Shown here: in pieces, positions 17,849 through 28,449 of the stretch
How positions within the stretch are numbered: position 1 is the stretch's first letter
How the letters are laid out: each line of letters opens with the position of its first letter
Virus record (IMG/VR): IMGVR_UViG_3300037631_003301
Span: 1-39,726 of that record
Reading direction: 5' to 3' (one strand)
DNA: 39,726 bases
DNA from: a virus
Lineage: Duplodnaviria; Caudoviricetes
Made by a program: the position numbers and the translations under genes
Notes under the pieces: generated by a model
Databases searched by the model: none
What the model saw: only the letters and a program-made list of their open reading frames with translations
Told to the model about the DNA's origin: nothing

Positions 17849-18564
17849 TGGCAAGTTTTAGTACTTTTGCAAACAGACTACCGGACCCAAATTATGGAGT
17901 ATCAGAATTTGGAAATAATGTAAACAGCGCGGTTAACTATGGCCCTGGCTTTGCTTCAGTCAAATATTCTGCTGAATATCCAACCATGGTTTCTAGAACA
18001 AATAGTGGCAGAGTTGTTACCAGGTCAATAGTAGGACAAAAATTAAAAATAGCAATAACTTATAATCCACTAACTAGAGATCAGTTTGAACCAATATACT
18101 CTTTTTTACAAGAAAAGAAAGGTAGACTAAAACCTTTCTTTGTAGTACTACCACAATATACTGACCCTAGAGATACTACTTGGTCTGGAAGCATAACTGT
18201 TGATGGTTCAATTACTGCAGGTACTGATAACTTTTTAGCAGACCACTCTTCTTTAACAGGACAACCAAAAAGAGGAGATGTTTTTACTATTACAGATTCT
18301 GGAAACAGTAATCATAAGAAACTTTACACAGTAACAAGAGTACAAGATAATTCAACTTACTATAGTGGCGAATCTCAACCTTCAGCCTCTCAATACCGAA
18401 TCTATTGTTCCCCAAATATTTTATATGATGTAACAGACAGTTCGATTTTAAAGTTTGAATCACCGGAAATAAGAGTAATTCAATCAGGAGATGTTAGAGA
18501 ATATAGCCTAGGAACAAATAACTTATATAGTTTTTCACTTAATTTAGAAGAGGCTTTACCATAA
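17848..18564 (+). CDS. Distal tail protein (T5 pb9-like)
   Basis: 238 aa directly after the tape measure gene. LPDP, GPGFASV, ITYNPLTRDQF, ends FSLNLEEAL. Confidence 0.82.
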   Translation: MASFSTFANRLPDPNYGVSEFGNNVNSAVNYGPGFASVKYSAEYPTMVSRTNSGRVVTRSIVGQKLKIAITYNPLTRDQFEPIYSFLQEKKGRLKPFFVVLPQYTDPRDTTWSGSITVDGSITAGTDNFLADHSSLTGQPKRGDVFTITDSGNSNHKKLYTVTRVQDNSTYYSGESQPSASQYRIYCSPNILYDVTDSSILKFESPEIRVIQSGDVREYSLGTNNLYSFSLNLEEALP

Positions 18565-21500
18565 TGGCAACCGAAAGAGATATAAATAGTACAATTAGAT
18601 CTATGCTTATAGATAATGAAGCATTTGAATACGCACACCTAATAAAATTTGAAAGACCTCAATTACCTGGTGCTAATAATACATTTTCAACAAATGCAAA
18701 TAGATTCGCATATATCACAGATGGAACTAGAGACCTTTCTTTTGATGATGGCTCTACTAATGATGCGGGTTCGGCCAATGGTACACAAATATATAGAGCT
18801 AATAAACTTTTAAATATATCAGGGTATAAAGAAAGTATACAAGCAAAAGCTGATACAATGACACTCACCTTAGCTTCTGAAGTATTAGGTACTACGGTAC
18901 CTGCTAATTTAACTTTTACAAGTAATACAATTACTACCAATACTGTAGGAGTTGACTTTGTAGAAGAAGGTTTAAAAGAAGGAGATAAAATAAAATTAGA
19001 AGCTAACGATGGAGCTGGGTCAAATCATAATAAACATTTTCTAATTACAGGATTCTCAAATTCAAATCAAAGTATAGCAATAGAAACTTTAGATGATTCT
19101 TTTACTGCAAATAGTACTGGAGAGCTTTATAATGTATCTATTCAATCAGAAGAAATTAAAGGGCCTCTACTCGCTAGAGGTACAGATTTAGCTAATCCAA
19201 GTTTTTTAAATAAAAATGTTGAAGTACATAAAGTATTCCTTGACCCTGAAACAGGTCAAATAAAAGGAAATGCAAGTATATTAATATTTAAAGGATTAGT
19301 CACCAAAGCTAATATAACAGAAGATCCTACTAGGTCAAGTAGAGTTCAATGGACACTAAGTAGCCACTGGGCAGATTTTAATAAAGTTCAAGGAAGAATG
19401 ACATCTGATGAAATACATAGAGCTTTAAATGCTAGTGGTAGTCCTCAGAGAGACGCAGCATTAAAAAAAGAATACGCAGATGATATGGGATTTATGCACG
19501 CAGATACAAGTGTAAATCTTGTTGCTACCTATAAAGAAAAGTATCAAGAAATGGAAGTAAAAACTTCTAAGCACGGGTTGTTTGGTTTAAAAACTAAAGT
19601 CCAGACAAAGATGGTAGATAAAGTTAGGGATAGAGATGTCGACTTAAAAGTTGATTTAGTGTCTAAATATCTTCCTGTTGTATATGGTGTTCGTAGACTT
19701 CCTGGTATTCCTGTATTTGCAGACACTCCTTCTAATGACCCAGATACACTTTATGTTCTCTACGCTATAGCGGAAGGAGAGGTAGAGGCTATATATGATA
19801 TCTATATTGATGGAGAGCCTTTAGTATGTTTAAATAAAGAAGACCAAGATAGTAGAAGCATTACAGGAAGTAATGCGGATAGTAGTGGAGTTTTATGTGC
19901 GGGTAGGGCAGATAGAGGAGAAACAATTAGAGGAACTAGTAGTTACTCGTCAAGTTTACAAAATTATGCTACAGGAAAGCAATCGAAATTTAACGATACT
20001 GAAAGAGCTTTTGATAAAAACTTTTATGACCAGTATGATGTACAAGAAATCGATTATTTAGTAGATTCAGGAAGTTATTATGACTATTATAACTCAGGTA
20101 GTGCTACATCTTATACTGGAAACACTCAAAATACTGTCGGTATAAGAGACGGACAAACATTTCAAATAAGCGTTCCACAACCTATTAAATTATGGTTTCA
20201 TGCAGGAAAACACGACCAAACAGCAAACTCAAAACTTATAGATATAGCAACAGGAGCAACAAAATTTAAACGCCAATTAGACTACTTTAATAACTCAAAT
20301 GGAGAAGAGTATTGGTCAACAAATCATAGATTACTAGACACAGCATATGTACTAGCAGAAATAACTGTAACAGAAGAAAACTCTGATATACCAGAACTGG
20401 AATTTGTTGTTAGAGGTAGAATACACGAAGGGTATAACTATGACTTTACGTATAGACATGATGATAAAGCATATTCAAGTGAAAGCTCTGCTAATTTTAC
20501 TTTAGGAGAGTCAGTAACTTTTTATAGAACAAGTGATGATACAGCTTTAAATACCACTACAGTAAGAGATGTATATGAAGAAACGGATCCAAGAACAGGA
20601 TTAGTTTATAGTAAGATTAGATTTGCAGATAGACCTTTTAATTCTACTAATTTTACTTATGTAGATGGAGCACCAGTACATACTGAATTTTATGCAAAAG
20701 ATTCAAGTAATAATATGTGGCACATGCTAACTTGGAACCATAACGATATAGATAGTTCAGATGCATATTTACCTAATCAAGGGTCTAATATTTCAAATAT
20801 TGCAAGAAACTCTTCTACAGGAAAAATAGAATTGAGTGTTGGAGATACTAATTTAAGTGGAGAGACAAAATTCAAAATAGTAGGTACAGGTAGTGGACAA
20901 TTAGAAGATATTGAAAATTCTACCCTTACAGGAACCTACTCGAACCAAGTAGTAACTTTAGATGTCTACGTAGGTACTTTATCTGGAAGCGACACTATTT
21001 CTAGTGGCAGACTTATTGGAGCTAAACAAGTTAAATTGCCTTCATCTGCTTCTTCTACAGATGATTTCTATAACGAACAATTTATTGAAATAACTTCAGG
21101 TCAAGGTGTCGGAGAGAAAAGAAGAATTACTGATTATAATGGTACTACAAAAGTTGCTACTTTAAAAACCAATTTTATTGACCATCCTAATGGAAGCAGT
21201 GATTATAAAGTATTTGGAAGAGGAAGTGATTTACGTTCAGGTAATAACCCAGCACTACACACATTAGACTACTTAACAAACGCAACTTTTGGAAAAGGTT
21301 TAGAACTAGAAAAAGATATTGCTTTAGATACTTTTACTAATTCAGCAAGAACTTGCGATTCACGTTCAGATGTTACTATAGCAACTACTTCTTCGCCAAC
21401 AGTCGGAGATGAGTATATATTAACAGATGATGGAACAAGTTCTGGAAATATACTTGCAAGAGGAAAAATTAAAAGCTCTACATTAAATGGAACACATTAT

Positions 21501-24500
21501 TCAGTAGTACTAGAAAATGTTATAGGACAATTTCAAAGAATATGGCAAAAATGGATATACTACGAAGTAGGGGATATTATTTACACAAATTCAGGAGATT
21601 TATTCAGAGTTCCTTCTTCAAAAGGTAATGGATATATTGACGTACAGCCTACAAATGGAAGCAGACAAGGTTTAAGTTTTATAAACAATATTACATTATA
21701 TAAAGCAAATTCTTTATCAACTACTCTTACAACCTTTGGCAAAAAGTATATAGAAAACTATAGTTTATATGACTCTGATTTCGTGCAGTATTGGAGATGG
21801 GTTGGTTGGGAACACGATCATCAAAGGTGGTGCACTCGACACCAAATGAATTTAGTAGTTGAAACAAGCACTTCTGTCTTTCAAAATACTACTAATATAT
21901 TAGAGCATTTCAATGGGATTCTTAGTTATTCAAATGGAAACTATGAACTAGAAGTAGAAGCGCAGGAAGATTCTCCTAGCGATAATAGTCCTTATCATAT
22001 AAAATATGAGGATATACTAGGTTCTTTGAAAGTTACTGAAGACCCGAGCAGAAAAAGTTTTAATACTATAAATGCAAGTTTATCAGATCCTGGAAACAAA
22101 TGGTCTAGTACTTCTGTTGCTTTTTATAATTCAAACTTTGTAAAATCAGATAGGAATGTAGTAAAAACAGGAAATTTACAGTTCTCTGGAATAACTAACT
22201 ATTGGAATGCAAGAATAAATGCAGAAAGATTTTTAACAGAATCTCGTTTTCCTTTACAAATATCTTTTACTACAATGCCAAAGGGCGTAATATTAAAAGC
22301 AGGACAAGTATTAAAAATAGACTATGATAGATTTGGATGGAGCAATAAACTTTTCCGTATACAAGACTTATCTATAAATCCAGATTGTTTGGTAAATATT
22401 TCAGCAGTTGAATATGATGATTCAATGTATCTAATATCAAATACAAGAACATCAGCAGTAAGTAGTACAGAAAATCCAGGAGCTCCTGGTACAGGCACTC
22501 CTACAGCTCCTACAGCTTTATCTGGTTCTACAGATAAGCAAGGAGTTTCAATACTTACGTGGTCAAATGCAAGTAATTTTATTAACTCAAGTGACTCTAC
22601 AGAGATTTGGGCTTCTGACGATAATAACAGATCAAATGCTGAAAAAATAGGTGAAGCAGACAACGAAACTACATTTAACCACGCTTTAGGTGAAGAAGCA
22701 GCAAAGTACTATTGGATTCGACATAAAAGAGTTATTTCAAAAAGAAAGTCAAAACAAAAGACAACAATATTTTCAGCATACCATCCAAGTGGTACAACAG
22801 CAGGTGTTCCTGCCACAGCTAAATCTCCAGCACAAATAACAGTTAACTTAACAAATCCTAGCATGACCTTGCAACAAACAAACGCAGGTTCTATAAATTA
22901 TGCTGCAACTGGAACTGATATTCAGGTTATACTTGGAGAAAATATACTTACAAATGACCAATCGGGCAGTCAAGCAAATAGTAGCTTTAGAGTTGCAGTT
23001 TCTGCTGCAAATATTACAGCAGGTTCAGAAAGTACTGTTAATGATGCAAACGGAAATGCAACAATATTTAGAATAGGAAATCACGGTAATGCAACTACAG
23101 ACACTCCTGTAATCACTTATACGATTACAGTAAAAGACGGAGTAGGCTCAACAACAACTTTAAATCGTTTTCAACATTTTGCAGTTGCACAAGATGGAGC
23201 ACCGGGAGATGACGGCTTTACAATTACAGGTACAAATACAAATCATACTTTTACGGGAAATAGCACAGGAGCTGCAAGTGCTACAGGATTTTCTTGTGAC
23301 TTTGTAATCAGAGAAGGCGCAACTACATGGACATATGACGGCTCCTCTCCTTACTCTTCTAATTCTTATAGATACGGTTCTTTAACAGATTCAAATGTTT
23401 CTTCTAGTGTTGCCTCAGATGGCACTATTACAATTGCTTCAAATTCTGCACTTCTATCTGGAACATCAACAGTAACAGGAAGTATAATCGTACCAATTTA
23501 TGATAATTCAGATAACACTTTACTTACTACTGCAGTAATTAGTTTAAACAAAACTATAGAAGGATTAGATGGGCAAGACGCAAAATCTGTACGACTATCT
23601 GCAAGTTCTTTAGTATTTACTGAAGCAAAGAATGGAACTTTAAGCCCAAGCTCAATAACTCTTACCGCCAACAGACAAAATGTCTCGAGCAGTTCCAGTT
23701 TTAGTACTAGTCCAAGTGTAACCTTAACAGGTAGTGGAGACACTAGAGCTTTATCTTCTGCAAATTTTGGGTCAAATGACTCAGTAACAATAACAGTAAG
23801 TGCTGACACAGTTTCAGACACAGTGACTCTTGTTAGAGTAGAGGAAGGGTCTGACGCACTTACAATTGTAAATTCAAATCCTGCACATACTGTTCCTGCT
23901 ACAAATACAGGAGTTGTTAATTCAGGAAATCTAACAGGAAGTGGCACTACTATAAAAGTATTCGAAGGAGCTACTGCACTAGATTATGACGCCAGCGGTA
24001 CAACAGCAGGGCATTGGACAGTATCTGCATCACAGAGCCCTAGTTCAACTCTTTCCACTACAAGCATTTCTGACAGTAGTAATGATGCAGTTGTAGCTAA
24101 TTATACTTCAATGGCTACTGGAACAGATAATGTAGTAGTTACTTACACAATAACAGGTAAAAGATTGAATGGAGAAAATTTCTCTTTACAAACCTCACAA
24201 AGTATTGCTAAATCTAAAACAGGTACTGCAGGTGGGGCAGGAGTTCGTGGCGGAAGTATATTTACTTTTGAGGAGTCTACTACAAGTGGAATAAGCGCTT
24301 CAGATGCTTCTGACTTTGCAGGAACTTTAGATACTGGTACAGCTCGAGCAGTAGCAGCAGCAGTAATTGCAGCAGCGTCTGATGGCACAATAAGACCAAA
24401 TGATAGAATAACCGTAACAGATAATAGCGCAGATAAAGCAGGTACAAGAGTATATACAGGAAGTGCAACAACTTCATCTTCTTCTGTAGGAACAAGTGAC

Positions 24501-25178
24501 TATAGTTCTTTAGTTGTAGAAACATTCAATGGCTCTGTGATTGTAGACGGAACACTATCTGCATCTAAATTAACAGCAGATACTACATTAACAAACAATC
24601 TAAATGTTGGAAGCAACATGAAACTTTCTAGTGGAGGTAAATTCTTTTCACAAAATAAGACAAGTTTTACTGATACAGATGCAGGTTTCTATATGGACAC
24701 TACAGGTGATTTTCATGCAGGAGACAGCGCAAGTTTTATTAAGTTTGATGCAAGTGCAGGAACAGTTGCAATAAAAGCTGATTCAATTCAATTTAGTTCT
24801 GGTACAAGTGTTTCAACTTTTGATGGAGCATATGGTAGTTTAAGTGGAGCACCTTCTTTATTCGATGGAGCATATGGGAGTTTATCCGGGACGCCTACTT
24901 TTGGAACTTTAACAATTAATGGTACAAGCTTTACTCCTACAGGGAGCAATGTGTCTATTACTCCCAGCGGTTTGGGAATTAGCACAAGTTATATTGAAGG
25001 CGAGCTAGGAGTAAGTAATATTGTAGGATTTGGAAACACAAATATTAGTGGAGGAAGAATAACTTTAACTGGAACAACTATGAACTTCAATACTACCAGT
25101 AGTTCTACAACAATAAGCACTGGCGGCATAGATATAAATGCTTTTACACAACAAATTATAATTTCGGACGGTTCATAA
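18564..25178 (+). CDS. Baseplate hub / central tail fibre (pb3-like hub with FN3/Ig-like modules and spike)
   Basis: 2204 aa. Hub motifs LSSHWADF, LPVVYG, AIAEGEV..IYDIYID, NPAL..LDYL, AVEYDDSMY; FN3 PTAPTAL...YYWIRH; G/S/T-rich C-terminus. Confidence 0.88.
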   Translation: MATERDINSTIRSMLIDNEAFEYAHLIKFERPQLPGANNTFSTNANRFAYITDGTRDLSFDDGSTNDAGSANGTQIYRANKLLNISGYKESIQAKADTMTLTLASEVLGTTVPANLTFTSNTITTNTVGVDFVEEGLKEGDKIKLEANDGAGSNHNKHFLITGFSNSNQSIAIETLDDSFTANSTGELYNVSIQSEEIKGPLLARGTDLANPSFLNKNVEVHKVFLDPETGQIKGNASILIFKGLVTKANITEDPTRSSRVQWTLSSHWADFNKVQGRMTSDEIHRALNASGSPQRDAALKKEYADDMGFMHADTSVNLVATYKEKYQEMEVKTSKHGLFGLKTKVQTKMVDKVRDRDVDLKVDLVSKYLPVVYGVRRLPGIPVFADTPSNDPDTLYVLYAIAEGEVEAIYDIYIDGEPLVCLNKEDQDSRSITGSNADSSGVLCAGRADRGETIRGTSSYSSSLQNYATGKQSKFNDTERAFDKNFYDQYDVQEIDYLVDSGSYYDYYNSGSATSYTGNTQNTVGIRDGQTFQISVPQPIKLWFHAGKHDQTANSKLIDIATGATKFKRQLDYFNNSNGEEYWSTNHRLLDTAYVLAEITVTEENSDIPELEFVVRGRIHEGYNYDFTYRHDDKAYSSESSANFTLGESVTFYRTSDDTALNTTTVRDVYEETDPRTGLVYSKIRFADRPFNSTNFTYVDGAPVHTEFYAKDSSNNMWHMLTWNHNDIDSSDAYLPNQGSNISNIARNSSTGKIELSVGDTNLSGETKFKIVGTGSGQLEDIENSTLTGTYSNQVVTLDVYVGTLSGSDTISSGRLIGAKQVKLPSSASSTDDFYNEQFIEITSGQGVGEKRRITDYNGTTKVATLKTNFIDHPNGSSDYKVFGRGSDLRSGNNPALHTLDYLTNATFGKGLELEKDIALDTFTNSARTCDSRSDVTIATTSSPTVGDEYILTDDGTSSGNILARGKIKSSTLNGTHYSVVLENVIGQFQRIWQKWIYYEVGDIIYTNSGDLFRVPSSKGNGYIDVQPTNGSRQGLSFINNITLYKANSLSTTLTTFGKKYIENYSLYDSDFVQYWRWVGWEHDHQRWCTRHQMNLVVETSTSVFQNTTNILEHFNGILSYSNGNYELEVEAQEDSPSDNSPYHIKYEDILGSLKVTEDPSRKSFNTINASLSDPGNKWSSTSVAFYNSNFVKSDRNVVKTGNLQFSGITNYWNARINAERFLTESRFPLQISFTTMPKGVILKAGQVLKIDYDRFGWSNKLFRIQDLSINPDCLVNISAVEYDDSMYLISNTRTSAVSSTENPGAPGTGTPTAPTALSGSTDKQGVSILTWSNASNFINSSDSTEIWASDDNNRSNAEKIGEADNETTFNHALGEEAAKYYWIRHKRVISKRKSKQKTTIFSAYHPSGTTAGVPATAKSPAQITVNLTNPSMTLQQTNAGSINYAATGTDIQVILGENILTNDQSGSQANSSFRVAVSAANITAGSESTVNDANGNATIFRIGNHGNATTDTPVITYTITVKDGVGSTTTLNRFQHFAVAQDGAPGDDGFTITGTNTNHTFTGNSTGAASATGFSCDFVIREGATTWTYDGSSPYSSNSYRYGSLTDSNVSSSVASDGTITIASNSALLSGTSTVTGSIIVPIYDNSDNTLLTTAVISLNKTIEGLDGQDAKSVRLSASSLVFTEAKNGTLSPSSITLTANRQNVSSSSSFSTSPSVTLTGSGDTRALSSANFGSNDSVTITVSADTVSDTVTLVRVEEGSDALTIVNSNPAHTVPATNTGVVNSGNLTGSGTTIKVFEGATALDYDASGTTAGHWTVSASQSPSSTLSTTSISDSSNDAVVANYTSMATGTDNVVVTYTITGKRLNGENFSLQTSQSIAKSKTGTAGGAGVRGGSIFTFEESTTSGISASDASDFAGTLDTGTARAVAAAVIAAASDGTIRPNDRITVTDNSADKAGTRVYTGSATTSSSSVGTSDYSSLVVETFNGSVIVDGTLSASKLTADTTLTNNLNVGSNMKLSSGGKFFSQNKTSFTDTDAGFYMDTTGDFHAGDSASFIKFDASAGTVAIKADSIQFSSGTSVSTFDGAYGSLSGAPSLFDGAYGSLSGTPTFGTLTINGTSFTPTGSNVSITPSGLGISTSYIEGELGVSNIVGFGNTNISGGRITLTGTTMNFNTTSSSTTISTGGIDINAFTQQIIISDGS
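24819..24896 (+). repeat. 42-nt period tandem repeat encoding FDGAYGSLSGxP twice
   Basis: FDGAYGSLSGAPSL-FDGAYGSLSGTP near the hub C-terminus. Confidence 0.85.
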
Positions 25179-28100
25179 TGGCGAGACGAGTATTACTAGG
25201 AAAAGAAAGTGGGTCTGATTTTGTATTAAAAATTTCAAAGCCAGGAGATGACATAATTGATGATACTATCAATGATAGAGACTTATTATTTAATTCAGAA
25301 ATATATCGAGCAGGAATTATTCGTTCCAATACTAGTTTTACTTCTTTAGGTTCAGGGTCTTATAAAACTTTTGAAAGTACTACAGATGCAAACGGCAATC
25401 ATTATATTCCTGCATATTTAATTTCAGAAAATGGAACACAGTTTGCAACCGCAGTATTTGACTATGGGTATGCATCAGTTACCTCTGGCGAAGACTATTA
25501 TGGTAGAGTAGTGGCAGGCCTTCCTACGGGTGGAGGGGGAGGTCTTTATGAGTTCAGTCTCGCAAGTTCAGGCAGTAATAGAAATAGATTAAAATTACAA
25601 TATATAAATATTGCAGATGCAGATGACCCAAGACCTGGACAAAACACAGGATACCCTTTTATAGAAGATAGAAGTTTATCAACTTCTGATAGTGTTACTG
25701 TAAAAGTAGACATTTTAGGTATTCCTTGTCAGTATGGAAAAATGGTAAATAATACTACTGTTTTTGGAAACTCTTTATTAACAGGAACTGCTTCAGGAGG
25801 AGGAGGAGGTAGTGGAGGCACAGTTTCTGCACCAGCAGATCCCACAGTTACTTTTGTATCAAGAACTTCTACTGTAGACAACTTGACAGTAACTTCAACA
25901 GCAGGTACAGGTAACACAGCAACAATTCAATTTATAGCAACAACTGCAGTAAGTCCTGTACCTAATATAGCAGCTTCCGGTTGGCAAACTTCAGGCAGTT
26001 TTACTCAACCTAGAGGAACTACTAGATGGTATTGGGCTAAACAAGGTAGTTTTGTCTCAGATGTAAATGCTCAAGGCGGGTATGTTTCTCCTGCTTATGA
26101 TAATACTCCTACTGCTTTTGATTTAGGAGGACCTCAAACTAATGCAGCTCTTAATACATATTTTCAATCTGCTGAAATTACAGTAGCTGGACTAGATAAT
26201 TCAGATTTTGCACTTGTCTCAGTAACTGGAGCTCAATTAAGTAAGAATCAAGGAGCCTATACAACAAATGGCACTATAGCAGTAAATGGAGATGATTTTA
26301 GAATAAGAGTGCTATCCAGCTCTTCTAATGGTACCTCTACATCAGGAACTTTAACTATTGGAACAGTGAGTGACACATATCAAGTAAGTACAGGACAAGA
26401 TACAACAGTTGATTCTTATGACTTTACAAATCAAAACAGCTTAGAATTAAGTACTTTAGTATATTCAAATACTGAAACAATAACAGGGATCAGCACAGGC
26501 GTCAGTGTATCTATTAGCGGAAATAGTGCTGAATTTAGTATAAATGGGGGAAGCTATGGAACTTCGGGAACTATTACAAATAATCAAACTTTAAGATTAC
26601 GAATGAATACGAGCGGAAGTTTTTCAACTAATACATCTACTACTGTAAATGTAGGCGGAGTTACAGATACTTGGACAATTACAACAAGAGGTCAAACTCC
26701 TGTTACTACTCCAGGTTCTATAACAGCAACGCAAATTACGAATACAACGGCAACTGCACAAACAGTAGATGCAACAGCAGCTCATCAATTTTTAGGTTCA
26801 GGTACTTTACAAGTATCAAACAACAATTCTACTTACTCAGCGAATGGAACAGACTTTAGTCAAAATAGAAATACAACAGTAACTTACTATGCTCGTTCTT
26901 TAGGTGGAGACGGTAATACTAGTAGTACTATTAATGTAGATAAATTTGTACCTCCAGTTGTAACAGTGGGAGGAATAGGTAATTTTGTAGGATACCCTGC
27001 AGCAGGATTTAATTATACTTATAGCGTATCTGTTCAGAGAGGTCAAGGAAACTATAATACATATAGCAGCTATTGGGGAACTACAACTACAAGTATAAGC
27101 AATAATTCGGGAGGGTGGTTAAGTACTTCTATTACTAATTCTTCTGCCGGAAATTTTAATTTAACCGCAACAGCAAATACTACAGGAAGCGCACGAACAG
27201 CAACTGTAACATATACTACAAGTACTACTTTTGGTGCGTCACATACAATGACATTTACAGTAAATCAGTTAGCTCTTGACGGAGTTCCAGATCAATTTAC
27301 GTTTACAGATCTTACAAATCAAAGTCTAAGTTCTTTAGCTTATGCTTCTGCTACAATAACAGGAATTGCTACAACAGTAACAGCTTCTTACTCAGGGGAT
27401 ACTGGAGGATTTAGAATTGGAAATAGTGGCTCCTATACAACAGCGGATAAAACTTTAACAAATAATCAAGTAGTACAAGTACAGTTAAGTACTTCTGCGA
27501 GCCATGGAACAAGTACTAATGCTACAATAACAATAGGAGGAGTTTCAGATACTTTTACAGCAACTACTATAGCTGCAGATACTACTCCAAATTCTTTTAC
27601 TTTTATTGACCAACCAGCTGCAGCAGCAAATACTTTAGTGTATACTAATATAATAACAATAGCAGGAATAAATACTTCTGTTACAGCTTCTATAAGTGGA
27701 AATTCTGCTGAAATGCAAGTTAATAGTGGTAGCTATACTTCTTCAAATCAAACAATTTCAGTTGGAGATACAATACGATTGAGGATGACTTCAAGTGCTA
27801 CTGCAGGTGCTACAGTAAATACTACTTTAACTGTTGGAGGAACCTCAGATACTTGGTCAGTTACAACTACAACAGCAACCCTTCTTTGGTCAGTAGGATT
27901 AGCTCTTGGAAGTTTTAGTGCTTTTGGATTTCTATCTCAAGGATTTAGTACTTATATAGGAGGAGGTCATGGAACTGCAACTGATACTTCTTGCGATTTA
28001 TATAATGGTCAAACTACATGGGGATTTAGTGACCAAGAAAGCTCTGCACAAAATACGTTTTTTCATGTAAGTGGAGTAACCTCTAACTCTGGTTGGACGA

Positions 28101-28261
28101 CTTTAAAAATATATAATGGAACAAGCAACTCTGCTACTCTATTAGCAACAAGAACAAGATCTTCTTTAACTTATAGTAATTCAGGAGGTAGTTTTGCAAG
28201 TTGGGATATGGGTTCTGATCTTACAGGCGGAACAGGTAATTTATTTTTGGAGTTCTTTTAA
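25178..28261 (+). CDS. Modular tail-tip adhesin-like protein
   Basis: 1027 aa, S/T/G-rich. N-terminal RRVLLGK module, four 100-aa repeats, BACON-like segment, unique C-terminal domain. Confidence 0.75.
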   Translation: MARRVLLGKESGSDFVLKISKPGDDIIDDTINDRDLLFNSEIYRAGIIRSNTSFTSLGSGSYKTFESTTDANGNHYIPAYLISENGTQFATAVFDYGYASVTSGEDYYGRVVAGLPTGGGGGLYEFSLASSGSNRNRLKLQYINIADADDPRPGQNTGYPFIEDRSLSTSDSVTVKVDILGIPCQYGKMVNNTTVFGNSLLTGTASGGGGGSGGTVSAPADPTVTFVSRTSTVDNLTVTSTAGTGNTATIQFIATTAVSPVPNIAASGWQTSGSFTQPRGTTRWYWAKQGSFVSDVNAQGGYVSPAYDNTPTAFDLGGPQTNAALNTYFQSAEITVAGLDNSDFALVSVTGAQLSKNQGAYTTNGTIAVNGDDFRIRVLSSSSNGTSTSGTLTIGTVSDTYQVSTGQDTTVDSYDFTNQNSLELSTLVYSNTETITGISTGVSVSISGNSAEFSINGGSYGTSGTITNNQTLRLRMNTSGSFSTNTSTTVNVGGVTDTWTITTRGQTPVTTPGSITATQITNTTATAQTVDATAAHQFLGSGTLQVSNNNSTYSANGTDFSQNRNTTVTYYARSLGGDGNTSSTINVDKFVPPVVTVGGIGNFVGYPAAGFNYTYSVSVQRGQGNYNTYSSYWGTTTTSISNNSGGWLSTSITNSSAGNFNLTATANTTGSARTATVTYTTSTTFGASHTMTFTVNQLALDGVPDQFTFTDLTNQSLSSLAYASATITGIATTVTASYSGDTGGFRIGNSGSYTTADKTLTNNQVVQVQLSTSASHGTSTNATITIGGVSDTFTATTIAADTTPNSFTFIDQPAAAANTLVYTNIITIAGINTSVTASISGNSAEMQVNSGSYTSSNQTISVGDTIRLRMTSSATAGATVNTTLTVGGTSDTWSVTTTTATLLWSVGLALGSFSAFGFLSQGFSTYIGGGHGTATDTSCDLYNGQTTWGFSDQESSAQNTFFHVSGVTSNSGWTTLKIYNGTSNSATLLATRTRSSLTYSNSGGSFASWDMGSDLTGGTGNLFLEFF
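26099..27870 (+). repeat. Four ~100-aa beta-sandwich-like repeats in two tandem pairs
   Basis: Units start at 26099, 26399, 27278 and 27578, with exactly 300 nt inside each pair. Consensus DxxPxxFxF...TIxGI...GxxSDT[WFY]xxxT. Confidence 0.85.
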
Positions 28262-28449
28262 TGGAAACTTTTAATAACAATGGACAATTATATGTAAGAA
28301 AAGTATATGATACAGATTTTATCATAGAAATTCCTGCAGTTTTAAATGAGGATGGCTCTTTGAACGAGTCTCAGACCACTACTAATTTAGACACTACTTA
28401 TGAAATTCATAAGGTGAATAAGGAGACATATGAAACTTATACATCATAA
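28261..28449 (+). CDS. Small acidic hypothetical protein
   Basis: 62 aa, TAATG-coupled to the adhesin gene, GGAG upstream. Confidence 0.7.
   Translation: METFNNNGQLYVRKVYDTDFIIEIPAVLNEDGSLNESQTTTNLDTTYEIHKVNKETYETYTS

Noticed and set aside
21959-21966. AGCGCAGG and other GCGC-containing sites as T5-type nick sites
   Set aside because: The nickase specificity is unknown and such short matches are expected by chance.
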